Shown: positions 1 to 11,826 of the stretch, in pieces
Numbering within the stretch: position 1 is the stretch's first letter
Layout of the letters: each line of letters opens with the position of its first letter
From: Naegleria gruberi
Lineage: Eukaryota
Reading direction: 5' to 3' (one strand)
NCBI GenBank assembly: GCA_000004985.1
Contig: GG738847.1
Length of the DNA stretch: 64,000 bases
Notes under the pieces: generated by a model
Databases searched by the model: none
What the model was told of the DNA's origin: nothing
What the model saw: only the letters and a program-made list of their open reading frames with translations
Made by a program: the position numbers and the translations under genes

Positions 1-1382
1 TGAATGAAATTCCACCCTTCCCTGAGAGTAAAAAGAAGCAGAATCAATACTTTTATGTTGAAAAGAATGGATTGGACGAGAGTGATTTCACACCCCCATT
101 AGCTACCAGTTCAACATCTCCAGTGTTGGCCAGTTCTGTAACCATAGATTCTACTCCATCGATGGACAAGAAGGAACATGTCAAATCAAGTTCCACCTCT
201 AATATTAACGAAAATTTATTGTTGTGTGATGAAGAAGATTTGTCAACTCCAAATATTGAAAAGGATTTGGATTCAATTAAGAAGAAGACAACAACAGCAA
301 GCAATACTCCACTCATGAAGAGTTCATCATCAAATATGATGATTACCGATGATGATGACGACATGGATGAAGATGAAGAAGAAGCTCAATTGACCATTGA
401 TGAAATGGACACAGATAAGGCCAGTATTCCACAATCCAAGCCATTATCACTACCTTCTCACCACCACGCCCAACACTCTGCTTCAACAAGTACTCCTGAT
501 GTAATGAAGAAGGAAATTCCAGAATCTCCACAGCTAATGAACTCTCCAGCCATTGTCGGCGCCTCTCCATCTGTAGCCAATGAAAAACCAAAGAAACGTT
601 CCAGTGCATTGAATAGAATGAGAGCGAATATCAATGTTTGGGTACCATTCAGTGAGAGTGAGGAAATTGTTTTGAGAAGAGAAATTTCCAAACAATTGAA
701 CCAACATTCAGGTTCTTCCTCCTCTGCTTCTTCAGCTAATACTCCAGTTTTGACAAGTGGCAATATACTTTCTACTGTTGATCCAAATGCTCCAAAACCA
801 ATTCAAGTCATTTCCTTCTCGAACCATAATGAGGATTTCTTAGATCGAATTGATTTTGTAACTATTCTAAGGGAGAATACTTCATCTTTCCATCCATTGA
901 GAACTCCAGTTTCACTTAAAGTTCACTCTCAAGCTTTGAGACAAGAATTGGGAGATTCAGTTTTAATTGACGAAAATTTCAAAGGAGAAACACCTCGTTC
1001 ACTCTATGAAAAGAGTAATTCGCATTCGTGGCTTGCATCCAGTAAGAATGCAAGAACTAGCAACAGTGGAACAAATGCAAGTGGAAGCACAAATGAAACA
1101 AAGCCAAGAAGAAGAAAGAATCATATTGATGCTAGTGGAGATAATCTTACAGGTAGCTCAGCATCATCTGGAAAACCACCAGTTCCTGGAAGAAAGAGAA
1201 AGCAAAATGTTCCAATTTCAAATTCACCTGCAATGGCCATGCAAGCAAATAACAATGGTGCTGACTCATCTTCTGTTTTGGAACCTTCTCAGAAAAAGAC
1301 TAAAGTTGACGAACCTCCACAAGCTGCCAATTCGACATTCCTTGTTTTATTACTGGGTAAAGGGAGGACCAAAAGAAACTAG
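1..1382 (+). CDS. 5'-truncated CDS whose reading frame is open from the window edge. Ser/Thr/Asp/Glu-rich low-complexity protein with basic KPRRRK and PGRKRK NLS-like motifs. Function unknown.
   Basis: Frame-0 ORF is uninterrupted from nt 3 to the TAG at 1380-1382. The track 'M' at 72 is a TTG, not a real start. Codon usage matches other genes here. A structured-looking C-terminal segment (MCLPLDTTLFGLVAKIREELSLDYDPQLICDFMPVRNYGQTLQELMEENEIKINELLIQYK, ends 1587) lies in the +1 frame just downstream, so the 3' end is uncertain (unresolved intron or indel). Confidence 0.5.
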   Translation, partial: NEIPPFPESKKKQNQYFYVEKNGLDESDFTPPLATSSTSPVLASSVTIDSTPSMDKKEHVKSSSTSNINENLLLCDEEDLSTPNIEKDLDSIKKKTTTASNTPLMKSSSSNMMITDDDDDMDEDEEEAQLTIDEMDTDKASIPQSKPLSLPSHHHAQHSASTSTPDVMKKEIPESPQLMNSPAIVGASPSVANEKPKKRSSALNRMRANINVWVPFSESEEIVLRREISKQLNQHSGSSSSASSANTPVLTSGNILSTVDPNAPKPIQVISFSNHNEDFLDRIDFVTILRENTSSFHPLRTPVSLKVHSQALRQELGDSVLIDENFKGETPRSLYEKSNSHSWLASSKNARTSNSGTNASGSTNETKPRRRKNHIDASGDNLTGSSASSGKPPVPGRKRKQNVPISNSPAMAMQANNNGADSSSVLEPSQKKTKVDEPPQAANSTFLVLLLGKGRTKRN

Positions 1383-4300
1383 ACAAATTCAACCATCCAA
1401 GATGTGTCTTCCTTTGGACACAACCTTATTTGGATTAGTTGCAAAAATCAGAGAGGAATTATCACTCGATTATGATCCTCAATTGATTTGTGATTTTATG
1501 CCAGTGAGGAATTATGGTCAAACTTTACAGGAATTAATGGAAGAGAATGAAATTAAGATTAATGAATTGTTGATTCAATATAAATAAATTGATAAGTTAA
1601 TTCTACCATTCAAATTAAGAAGAGAAATTGTATTATTGCAAAGAAGTGTTCATAGTACTGGTGTTCAAGCCAGTCATTACTAGAGCAACGACCATCAAAT
1701 CCTAAGGATTCTGAGATATTACATTTGTCACAAATACTGTCATTACCTAGTAAAATTGAGTTGTGGAGATTAAAATAGAGGAGTCTTTTCTGATAATAAT
1801 ACAAGAGTTTCTCCAAGTGCCATTATCTAATTGGCCCAACTCAGTATGTAGTTTTTCTGGATCGCTGAGTTTCAATGATAGCCTTTCTAAGGTTGGAGAC
1901 AGGTTTGTGATACACAAGAAGACCCATTCATTATCTGTGGATTGAAGTAATATTTCAGATCTTTCATTGTAGTGGCAGCATTTTTCATCAGTTAATATGT
2001 AGTTTCACCCTTTTGAGCAAGTCGATGCGACTTTTTGGGTAATAGGAGAGGTAGAATTGACAAACCTACAGACACGTGGAAAGGATGAAAGCCAAGACAC
2101 CTTGAGATTTATCACACTTAGATAACGGCTTTAGAGAGCCTGTTGTCACATCCAATTCTTTTCTTATTACTAAATAATGAATTTCCACAAAAACTATTAT
2201 GAAAAGAAAACAATATTGATGATGGTTCAATAATCGGATGATGATTTGTATTTTCCAACCTTCCATAGTAGTAAATTACTATTATTACTATCCATATTCA
2301 CAACATGTTGAGGTTTGAAATTCTTGAAGTCTCTCTTTTCCTGTGTGGATTTGCAATTCTCCAAATACTAATTTCAAAAGCACCGAAAAGTTTTGAAACT
2401 TTCTAGGATGATACAATCATGATTTAAAACATGATGTTGCCAATGATGTTCTTGTTGAATGTTATCCTTCATGATGAAAATATCTATTTAATAAATTGAT
2501 GATGAAATTATTCATGGATGTAAAACATTTAATCATTAATCAAAATATAATGTAATAATATATGGTGTGTTCATGATAATGATGGAGTTTTCTCCCAATT
2601 ATAAACTGATGGTCATTCCGTATTGGTGCATTTTCCGATCATTTTTTTCTATTAAACTTTATTGTTAATTTATATTTTAATAATAATAATAATAATAGTA
2701 AACAAATGCTACATTCATATGAAGAGGCAAGTTATAACCCAATCACATATAACAAACTTTCATTCAATTGAATAATGTTTTTTTAAAATGAAATTGCAAC
2801 TATTTTGCATTTTCAAGATTGTTAATAACTTTCATTAACTTTCGAATATATTGAATTAAGGTTGAATTAAAAGAGAATTATGATGAATTTAAATTTTATA
2901 CAATGATCATATTGATTGTTGACTTTTGGTGCAGCATAACGAATTTGGAAAGAAATAGTTGCAGTATCGTGTCCTTTTTGAATGCATTTTTACCTTCCTC
3001 ATTCTGCTTGTTGAATTCTGGATTAGTCTGATATCGTCCATTTAATTAGAAAGGAAGGTGAAACTCTTAGCAAGCCCAAATATAAGTCATTCACTTATAT
3101 CATTGATTGTACTTTGAAGTAGCAATAGATTTTATACAATGATTCGAAAACGTTAAGAGTTTCAATTCGAATATTGTAAAAGTTGAAGCACTAATTATCA
3201 ACATTCATGGTATGGTTCAATTATAGTTATTCCTCCTGAGATTCAAAAAAGTTTATCAATTCAATGATTGTAAACAAGCATTACTGCGAATTATTAGAAA
3301 CATTTCTAATAATTTTCACGTTGTAAACTTGTGTGTTGACCATTTCACTCTTGAATATTACAAAACAGTCTAGCTGACCGGTAGGGAGGTTTAAATTCAA
3401 AAATGGTCGGTTTCCTCACATGGGAAGTGAAATCTTTTGAATTCGAATGTCACCTCTGAATGCTAAACATTTTATACAATCAAATAATACTGTAAATTGT
3501 TTACAAAATATTGAATGATGGACAGTTGATATTATTGTTGTGTTGATGGATCGAATATTGTGTTAGATTACGGTATGGCTAATGACCATTTCTTCTTGAA
3601 AAATATTCGAATCTCTCAAACATGTCCACTTTCAAATAGCCGTTCAATATTAAATATTCAATTATAATAATATTCAATTGTGCATGAACAGTATTGCCAC
3701 TTCATTATGCTGTAGAATACACTTCATTAACATTTTAATATTTCTTTCTTCCAAATGCAATGTATAGTATTTAACCGAAATAGCTCGCTCTCTATCCAAC
3801 ACAATCCAAGAAACAATGATGTTGGAACTGAAGGAGCACTTCTATCACTGACTCAACTCAATGAACTGTTCATTGCCAACCATACAAAGCATTCAGTGAA
3901 AAACAGTTCAAAAGAGAAAACGTGTTGATCTAAGATTAGATATCAAGTTTGAAAGTTTATAACACGTTTTTCACGTGTTTTTCATTGTTGGTGAGTGGTA
4001 TGATATTTGATATTTGATTTTGAAATGAACTTGTTTTAATCACATCCACAGGGGATATTTAAAATGGATCTTTGTATGGAGGTAGAAGCGCTAAGAAGGG
4101 GTGATAAAATACCGTTTTGCAACATCCAATAATTGTTATTTTGTAAAATGTCAAGTCAACTGGCAAAACACCTTTTCGGGTAGTGGTTAACAATTTGGAT
4201 GATTTAATCACATTGTAATAACGTGCATAAAGATCTCCTCCTTTACATGGCCAATTCAGAAATACCTCACCATTTCATTGATTAGAATAACCAACTCTTA

Positions 4301-5740
4301 TTGAGATAAGAGCACATTCAACAATTGGACTAATCTCTCTTACTCCTACTACCATCTCGATTAGTTGTTTTTGAATATTAATATCCAATATCCATAAGTT
4401 ATAAATTTAACAATTGATTTCCAATGTAATAATATTAAACATCTGACCAAGTATACAGCAAGAGAATCACCCATCTCTCTTGATGTTACCATTTAACAAT
4501 TTGATGTGATGATACCAAATTAATAATATTTACAATTGTAATACTTGTTGTATTGAAACGAGCACATTATTTACGATACCGATCCAACCATTGATGTTAG
4601 AGTTGAATAAGGTCTTTGAACAAACACTTTTTGCTGTAATCAAACCCTTGGATCCAAATGGAAGAATGGAACAGTGGCAAAATAAGGAAGAGGGTCTCCT
4701 TAAACCTTTTCGCCGTTTTTTTTCGTGAATCTTTTTCGATCCCTTATTTGCGTGTTTTGTATGAAACTTACAGCCCCTTAATATCGAAGGTATTCATTCT
4801 CTCGAGTTGTATATCTCAAATATTTCCTCAAAAGAAACCGAGTGAGTGACAATATAGAGGTAAAATTGTTAAGTTCATTTCCAAAATATGTTATTCATGA
4901 AAACAATGAGAAATATTATTATTGAATAATCCATTCAATAATATTTAATGTGAATATTGAGAAGTAATTTCCAACACGTTATTGTTGGAATAATCTATTC
5001 CTTAAAAAATTTGGAATATTGAGCAGGTGATGGCAAATGATCGCTTGCCTTTTATTCCAGATTCTTAACACATTTCCCTCATTGTGTTGTCATTCCCAGT
5101 AAGGGACTTTCTACTCTTTGGCATTGTATTGACAAATTGACGTTTGGCCAATCGACAATCAAATACCAATATTCGCATTCGACACCTGCTTTGGTCAATT
5201 GATGGATGGCGGGAGAAGTCTATCACAAAATATTTTGCTTTAAAGCAGCAATAGCAAGTCACATTATGGGATCAAAAAGACGCAACGTGAAGGTACTAAA
5301 TTTTCTTGGTCGCACCGTATTGATCACACAATGACGCACAAGCAAAAAACCATTATGAGAACGAGTTTAGCAAATGGAGGTTGTGCTGAAAAGTTTCGCG
5401 GGTCTTTACCACTGCCAATTTTCGACTTTAAAAAAACCACCAACACCAAACTCACTTCTCCATCCACCACATTTCTTTGTTGTGCACAACCGAATAATTA
5501 TTGAGAGCTAACATCTACATTGATCATCATCTCTCTCTGTTCTAGTAGTACAATAAGAAAAATTTTGATTCTCTCCCTCAACAACTCTAGTCGACTCCAC
5601 CTGATAGATTCAACAACGTGTATTGTCAAGTACCCATCACGAAGTTTTTTCAATTCTATCAAACTAACACAACGGCCAACAACCATAGACGTCCATCATT
5701 GAGAGTTTTTATCAAACATCAATACCGATACTAGTATCTA

Positions 5741-7207
5741 TTGAAAACGTACTATTCATTTTCCAATCATCTCTATAGAAAGAAAACAATGACACACAAT
5801 AATACTGTTGTACAATCAACAAGTACCACTACTACTAATACTACTACTTCTAGTAATTCTAAACACTATGAAGGCGAATTAATTAATACAAGATCAAGAG
5901 CTTCTTCTAATGTAAGAAACTCTGAGCGATCACGATCTGTTAGTAATGCAAGTGTGTCGAGCACTACAATTTCCTATCCAAATCAAACTAGTAATAATAA
6001 TGAACACCAATACGAAGCTCCTGTATCATCATCAACCAATCTAACTCAACCTGAATCCCTCCACCACCACCAACAACAAACTGTATCACCACCATCTAGA
6101 GCATGCCAACCAACCCTTTCCAATACAACATCTTCTAACGTCCAACAACTTAATTTAATGCATCCTACTCCTCAACAACGATTGACGATAGAAAGACTCT
6201 TACAAATACCACCAGAATCAGTACAATCACGTAATCCAAAACTCTATGATTTACTAGTACAATTAAGAAGACAATATATGTGGCAAGCTGTTACTACTCC
6301 AATAACAACAACAACAACAACAGCTGCTGTAGACAAGTCATCCACTACTAATGCACATCCTTTAGAGAAGATGAAACAAGAAGATGCAATGGTCTTCTCT
6401 TCGCATATTGATGAAATTTGTGCTTGTGTCAATCAGCTCTTAGAAGATTTAGATGTTGAGGAGTATGGTTTGGGACAAAACCTAGGCTATAAGGCTGTTT
6501 GGGTACAAGAAGAAGAATTAAAGGCAAAAGCTAAACGTGAAGTACTTGCAGTACCTGAAGATCAAATGCAAGACGAAGATTGCGAAGAAGAGTGCGAAGA
6601 GGAAGAATTTGAAGAAGAGGTTGAAGAATCTCTTGATCAAACTCCTCAACCTTCAGCATCCACTGCTCCAATTCTTTCCAACAATGATGATGGTTGTGAT
6701 GAAGATGATTCTTGTCCATCATTGATGGAAGATGAGGATGAAGAAGAAGAATCTTCTTGTGATGCTGAAGAAACAACACAAGCAACTGTCAATGCTCAAT
6801 CACAAGATGGATCTAGTACCAAACTCCAAGAATTCTTTAGACAGTTAGAAAATGTTGAACCAATTCCAAACGGTAAATTATCCTTTTTCCAAAACCACCA
6901 TTTGGTAGTTGGAAAGTTTGACAAGAAGTTGCTCGTTGAGAACAATGTTCTGTCTTGTACTGTAATGAAGAAGAGTACCCTCAATGTTGTAGTTCATAGA
7001 AGATGTACTCGTCTGAAGAAGGACAATGACAGATTCCCATTCGATGCAACTTCTGGAAACTATCATGACAGAAGAATACTCAAGAAACAATCTCTTGCAA
7101 AATCAGTTGTAAGATTTGCCAAAGTTAAGGTTGATTTTGGACAGATTGTTGAAGAAGTTATTCGTAAATCAACCAGCCCTGTTTGTGACGAAAACGATAA
7201 AAAATAA
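5741..7207 (+). CDS. Single-exon CDS: Thr/Ser/Asn-rich N-terminus, acidic E/D-rich middle (EDEDEEEESSCDAEE), basic C-terminal globular region. Function unknown.
   Basis: 488-codon ORF with TAA stop. Likely true ATG at 5789 (MTHNNTVVQ...). Low-complexity runs are encoded by the AAT/ACT/CAA codons typical of this genome. No convincing domain recognised. Confidence 0.55.
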   Translation: MKTYYSFSNHLYRKKTMTHNNTVVQSTSTTTTNTTTSSNSKHYEGELINTRSRASSNVRNSERSRSVSNASVSSTTISYPNQTSNNNEHQYEAPVSSSTNLTQPESLHHHQQQTVSPPSRACQPTLSNTTSSNVQQLNLMHPTPQQRLTIERLLQIPPESVQSRNPKLYDLLVQLRRQYMWQAVTTPITTTTTTAAVDKSSTTNAHPLEKMKQEDAMVFSSHIDEICACVNQLLEDLDVEEYGLGQNLGYKAVWVQEEELKAKAKREVLAVPEDQMQDEDCEEECEEEEFEEEVEESLDQTPQPSASTAPILSNNDDGCDEDDSCPSLMEDEDEEEESSCDAEETTQATVNAQSQDGSSTKLQEFFRQLENVEPIPNGKLSFFQNHHLVVGKFDKKLLVENNVLSCTVMKKSTLNVVVHRRCTRLKKDNDRFPFDATSGNYHDRRILKKQSLAKSVVRFAKVKVDFGQIVEEVIRKSTSPVCDENDKK

Positions 7208-7371
7208 AAAAACCAAAAAAAATTAAATAATTAATTGAATTTTTAGTTTTATTAAATTTGATAATACAAAAGTGGTTGATAATCTTTGCATTCTTTAATC
7301 GTTAATCAATTTAGATTGATTTGGCTTTCAATATGTTTATTTCAAATAACATTTGAAGTTAATTAATGGAT

Positions 7372-10300
7372 TTACTGCATGTAACAACATGAAAAACAGC
7401 CAAAGTTTGATGTGTTACCATAGAGTCTATTTCTCTCAATGAAAGCTTGTGTCCTCTCAAACAGTTGAATGTATTCCTCTACCAGTGGAGCTGGATCGTT
7501 CGTGAGCTTGTAATTCAGATACCATTCAGAATAGCCAATAATATCTGAGCCGTGCATGGAAGATTTCATGCTAGAATTTGGATTTTTGGGAATTATCATT
7601 GCACTATTGTTTAGGATGAGTTCAAGTGCTTTCGAGGCATTGTCAAGAATATTTGGTAATAATGAACTATAACCAGTTTGCTTTTCAACTAGCTCACTCT
7701 TCATGAGAATCAACTTGAGAATTTTACAATCAATCAAAACATTTGAATGATTAATTAGTAAATCACAAATTTCATATAAACTCTCAGGTCTGTCGATAAA
7801 ATCTTTGACAAACACATGCGTAATTAAATTGACACCAATATTCAAATCTCTATCAATTTTTTGCAAGTTGAATTTCTTGTCTTGTTCTCTAAATCTTGTG
7901 CATAATAATTTGTAAATTTGCAAAATGTCAAGAGAGTAGACAGGTTTTGGTTCATTATTCCTAATTTCAATCTTGCTAATAATCTTGAGAAAATTGTCCT
8001 TATTTTTGAAACTTCCAGAGCTTCTAATGAGATTCCTACCGGTACTAATTGATGATTTCCAAGCTTCCTCTATTGATTTGAATGAATTTTCATTCTCAAA
8101 GTCTGCTAGAGGGTCCATATTAAAGAAGGTAAATAAACGATCAAGAATAATTGTTGGATTTTGAGTAAGTAGGAATTCTGCAAAGTGTTTGCTATGGAAA
8201 CATCTGCTCACAAATTTTGGATCAATCTTGTTCATTTTTTTAGCATAATCCAAGAAAGGTGCCATATTAATATTCTCAAGAAGGAAGAATAAAATCTCTT
8301 TTCTATTCATATCAATAGAAAACTTATCAATTAGGTAATCAAAGAATGAAAGAGCTACAGTATTTTCACCATTATTTTGAAAGCATGCCTTAATAATAGA
8401 AATATGAGGGTCAATAATACTTTCAGTTGTTGTAGATGTCAATTTCTTAAAATGAGAAGCTATTTGCTTATTATCAATTCCGTAATGAGTTTGCATAATA
8501 TCAAAGAGCATATCTACAATATGTCTATAATCTCCTTCTTCCATTGCTGCAGAAGGTATTATCTTGTTGATCACGAAATGGAGAAAATCACTCTCAGCAC
8601 TCTTGTGTTTGATTTTTCCTCTTCCATGGTCTACCAGTTTGGTTAAACGAGGAGTGAGCTGCGTTTCATAATCGAAAAACTTTTCCTTTGCCTTCTCAAG
8701 TATGAGAACGAGAAGTTTGTTCTTACCAATACGGGCAAAGGAATCCATAAAGAGTGATAATACATCAAAACTAATTTCAGGATTCAATCTATCCACAACA
8801 AGTGTAAAGTATTTGGTAATTAGTTTGTCAGCTAAAAATTGAGCCTCAGTGCTATTTGAACATTTTGCAGTTTCTGAAGGCATGATTTTCCTCAACTCTC
8901 CATAAAACTCAGGATAATCAATGGGATTTGTAATCAAGTTGGTCTTTAGTGCTTTAAGACCCATCAAGAATAGAGAAAAGAATTGAACTGAAATATGTTG
9001 GAATAACTCGGTCATGAATCGATTCTTTTCAGAGACTTCAAGCTTTCCAACAATAATACTCTTGGCAGAGGATAAAAATTTAGCCACAGGGGAATACAAT
9101 TGAGGGAAGAAAAAGTAGGTCATTCTGGATATGCTATACTCCTTATCCACAAGACATTTAACCAATTGAACAGGTTGCAAAATTTTAAGTCCAATCTGAA
9201 TTCTTGATCTTGTTTCATCTTTCACCAATTCTAAATAGATTTGCTTGGATGATAATTCCTCAACTTGTTCTTGTTTTGGAGGTTTGCTCTTCTTAACAGG
9301 TGCCTTTTTCATATCAAAGAGAGAGGCTGTTGAATGGGCGTGTTTTCGAGGAGACATCAAGTTTGGAATAGCAGTGCTGGATGGAGGGCTAGTTGGATTT
9401 TGAAAACCAAATCCAACAAAGTTTGATAAGTCGTCAAATCTGGGAGATGTGAGTCTATCAGTAGAGCTGGATGTTCTTCTTCTGGTTTCCAAATTTTCAA
9501 ACTGTTTAAAGTTGGCAATTGTTCCTCTTCTCACATGAATAATTTCAGGTTCAGCTGTTGGTATAAAATTAATTGGCTTGGCTGTTGTCAACTCTTTTTG
9601 GAGGGCTTTTAAAAATTTGTATCTCTTGTTCAATAATCTGTACTTGATGGATATACCTTCCTTCTTCTTTGGTTGGAGACCAGATTTTGGATGACTCTCA
9701 CTAAAACCATAATATGCTCCAACAGTATCCCAATAACTCTTGATAAGATTTTCTAAGTAATTCAAATACATGGCTCTCCAAACATTGTCATCATCAAGGA
9801 AAGAATGCCATGTTGAACAGACTTCTCTCAATATAAAGAATTGATTTCCTCCTTTGCAGAATGAACAAATTAATAGGAGAGTATCTGCACAGAAAAGGGA
9901 TTCGAGTTTCTTAATTGGTTCTTTTGGTGAGTTGTGCCTTGAACTGTTTGGTATTACTACAGTGGGTGTTGGTGGAGATAAAGTAAAGATATCATCTTGG
10001 GTCAAGTTGGCAGGTTGTGTCTGTAACTTTTTGTTGTGCTTTGGAGAGTTTAGGAATTCTGGTTTGTCTGGTAGGGATAATTTTCTTTTTGGAGCTTCTT
10101 CTTGTTTAATATTGTCAAAAATGGTTTTCTTCTCACCTCTGTGAGTTCTAGAACTCTTTGGACCTTCAAACAATGTTGGCACAATTTGTGAAAAATTCAA
10201 GAGGGAAACTTTTGGAGATTTTGTCTTGTCTTCTGAAAATGGTGAAGAGGGTGAAAAAACCATTGGTGAAGCATCAGAATATTGAGAGGTCATATCATTT

Positions 10301-11826
10301 GCAGAGCTATAAAATCTTTGTCTATTTGTTGCTAGAATATTCCTGAGGGATGAAATTTGTGGATTACTCGATTTACGAGGTGTTTCAGGAGATTTTTCAA
10401 TGATTTTCAAGATTGGATTCTTTAAATCAATTTCGCTTGCATTGCTGACAAAACTATTCATACTACTGATACTCGTGTTGAAAGTGTCTGCAGATTGAGA
10501 TTTTTCACTTAATAAGTGTGAGTATTGTTGGTTATTTTCTAGCAACAGTAGAGGTGGACGATCAGTTGTAGCAACATGATCAGTGCTACTACTATTTACA
10601 TTCTTTTTGTGCTTTGACCTCCAAGTTGAAATCTTATTCTGTATGGTAACAGAGAGTGAGAGTTTTCTCTTGTGTGGTGATTGATCAATATCTGCATTCA
10701 TGAGAGATGTGGCTTCTGAAGGATTTCTATGATGTGAAGGATTACTTCTTTCTTCTGAATCATTTGTAGTACTCTTCTTTTTTCGTTTCTGTGAAGAGTT
10801 AGAGTTGTTCGAATCGCTGGATTGTTTTCGTGGACGAACAGGATCTGAATTCTTCTTTTTAGGACTTTGTTTAATACTACTTTTATCATTGCTATTATTA
10901 CTATTATTACTAATCAGAGGTGCTGAGGAAGAAGGAGAGTTATCTTTTGAATGATTACTGCCAATAACTGATGATGAAGGTGTTGTTGGCTTGTTAGAAG
11001 AAGAAGGATTAATTGGAGAGTTGGGATTTGTTGCTTTAAGTCCTTTCAAAATATCTCCAATAGAAATCCTTGGTTGTTGTTGATTGGTCGATTCTTGAAT
11101 TTTCACTTCATTATTATTATCACTATTCTTCCTACTATTATTTTCATCCAATAACATTCCATTATTATTATCACTATTCTTCCTATTATTATTGTTCAAT
11201 AATTTTCCGTGTTGTTGTTCCTCATCGTCCAATAATATTTGATCATCATTTCTATTCGCCATCATCATTTCATCAAATTCCTTCTCATCCTCATGATTAA
11301 TATCATTACCCGAAGGCATGTGATTCATCATCATCATATTCATCATACCCGATGTTGAACAAGCCGACACCAAGGAAGTACTCAGTGTTGTTGTAGTTCC
11401 ATTATTCTCAGTTTCAGACTCATCTTCAAACATGATAATCGATGAGGGAGCTTCATGTGTCGATAGAGAGCCAACAGAGTCTCGTGTGGAGCAAAAATCT
11501 GCAGCACCAGCACCACTCTTTACATGCTGCTGATTGCCGCCATTTTTGTTTACAGTTGTTGTAGTTAATATTGGCGGGTCTTCTTGTGATTTTGTTGTTG
11601 GTAATAATAAAAAAGCGTCGTCGTCATCTTGTTGCTCATTATTGGTGATGAAAAAAGATTTTTGATTTTGTTGTGGTGGATGATGAATATTGTTGTTATT
11701 ATTTGATGGAAATTTACTCGTGTTATGGATGATTGTAGTGGTGTTTGATTGCTGTTCTTCTTGTTGATTTATAATAGTATGTTGCAGTTGTTCGATATGA
11801 ACGTTGGTAAGTTCGGGAGTGGTCAT
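7372..11826 (-). CDS. Large F-box-domain protein (~1484 aa) with a long N/S-rich disordered N-terminus and a ~900-aa alpha-helical C-terminal region of unknown function.
   Basis: Uninterrupted 4455-nt ORF starting MTTPELTNVHIEQLQ. F-box-like motif LESLFCADTLLLICSFCKGGNQFFILREVCSTWHSFLDDDNVWR (L..L..I.S....L.VC..W......D..WR pattern). The short plus-strand ORFs inside this span are antisense noise. Confidence 0.7.
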   Translation of the reverse strand: MTTPELTNVHIEQLQHTIINQQEEQQSNTTTIIHNTSKFPSNNNNNIHHPPQQNQKSFFITNNEQQDDDDAFLLLPTTKSQEDPPILTTTTVNKNGGNQQHVKSGAGAADFCSTRDSVGSLSTHEAPSSIIMFEDESETENNGTTTTLSTSLVSACSTSGMMNMMMMNHMPSGNDINHEDEKEFDEMMMANRNDDQILLDDEEQQHGKLLNNNNRKNSDNNNGMLLDENNSRKNSDNNNEVKIQESTNQQQPRISIGDILKGLKATNPNSPINPSSSNKPTTPSSSVIGSNHSKDNSPSSSAPLISNNSNNSNDKSSIKQSPKKKNSDPVRPRKQSSDSNNSNSSQKRKKKSTTNDSEERSNPSHHRNPSEATSLMNADIDQSPHKRKLSLSVTIQNKISTWRSKHKKNVNSSSTDHVATTDRPPLLLLENNQQYSHLLSEKSQSADTFNTSISSMNSFVSNASEIDLKNPILKIIEKSPETPRKSSNPQISSLRNILATNRQRFYSSANDMTSQYSDASPMVFSPSSPFSEDKTKSPKVSLLNFSQIVPTLFEGPKSSRTHRGEKKTIFDNIKQEEAPKRKLSLPDKPEFLNSPKHNKKLQTQPANLTQDDIFTLSPPTPTVVIPNSSRHNSPKEPIKKLESLFCADTLLLICSFCKGGNQFFILREVCSTWHSFLDDDNVWRAMYLNYLENLIKSYWDTVGAYYGFSESHPKSGLQPKKKEGISIKYRLLNKRYKFLKALQKELTTAKPINFIPTAEPEIIHVRRGTIANFKQFENLETRRRTSSSTDRLTSPRFDDLSNFVGFGFQNPTSPPSSTAIPNLMSPRKHAHSTASLFDMKKAPVKKSKPPKQEQVEELSSKQIYLELVKDETRSRIQIGLKILQPVQLVKCLVDKEYSISRMTYFFFPQLYSPVAKFLSSAKSIIVGKLEVSEKNRFMTELFQHISVQFFSLFLMGLKALKTNLITNPIDYPEFYGELRKIMPSETAKCSNSTEAQFLADKLITKYFTLVVDRLNPEISFDVLSLFMDSFARIGKNKLLVLILEKAKEKFFDYETQLTPRLTKLVDHGRGKIKHKSAESDFLHFVINKIIPSAAMEEGDYRHIVDMLFDIMQTHYGIDNKQIASHFKKLTSTTTESIIDPHISIIKACFQNNGENTVALSFFDYLIDKFSIDMNRKEILFFLLENINMAPFLDYAKKMNKIDPKFVSRCFHSKHFAEFLLTQNPTIILDRLFTFFNMDPLADFENENSFKSIEEAWKSSISTGRNLIRSSGSFKNKDNFLKIISKIEIRNNEPKPVYSLDILQIYKLLCTRFREQDKKFNLQKIDRDLNIGVNLITHVFVKDFIDRPESLYEICDLLINHSNVLIDCKILKLILMKSELVEKQTGYSSLLPNILDNASKALELILNNSAMIIPKNPNSSMKSSMHGSDIIGYSEWYLNYKLTNDPAPLVEEYIQLFERTQAFIERNRLYGNTSNFGCFSCCYMQ

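Noticed and set aside
5040-5460. Looked for tRNA, snRNA (U1-U6) and U3 motifs in the GC-rich islands, and for a telomerase-RNA template (CCCAAACCC) anywhere in the window.
   Set aside because: No cloverleaf-compatible segment and no GGTTCGAATCC-type T-arm were found. Motif resemblances were only partial (acgcaacgtgaagg versus U3 box B; caaaccctat at 37786). No template-length CCCAAACCC was found outside the telomere itself.
9854-11300. Plus-strand ORFs (9854-10144, 10158-10346, 11070-11300, etc.) inside the large minus-strand F-box gene.
   Set aside because: They are antisense to a continuous 4.4-kb coding frame. They are low-complexity (for example YYYHYSSYYY, from the reverse complement of N/S-rich codons) with no domain content. 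These are shadow ORFs.
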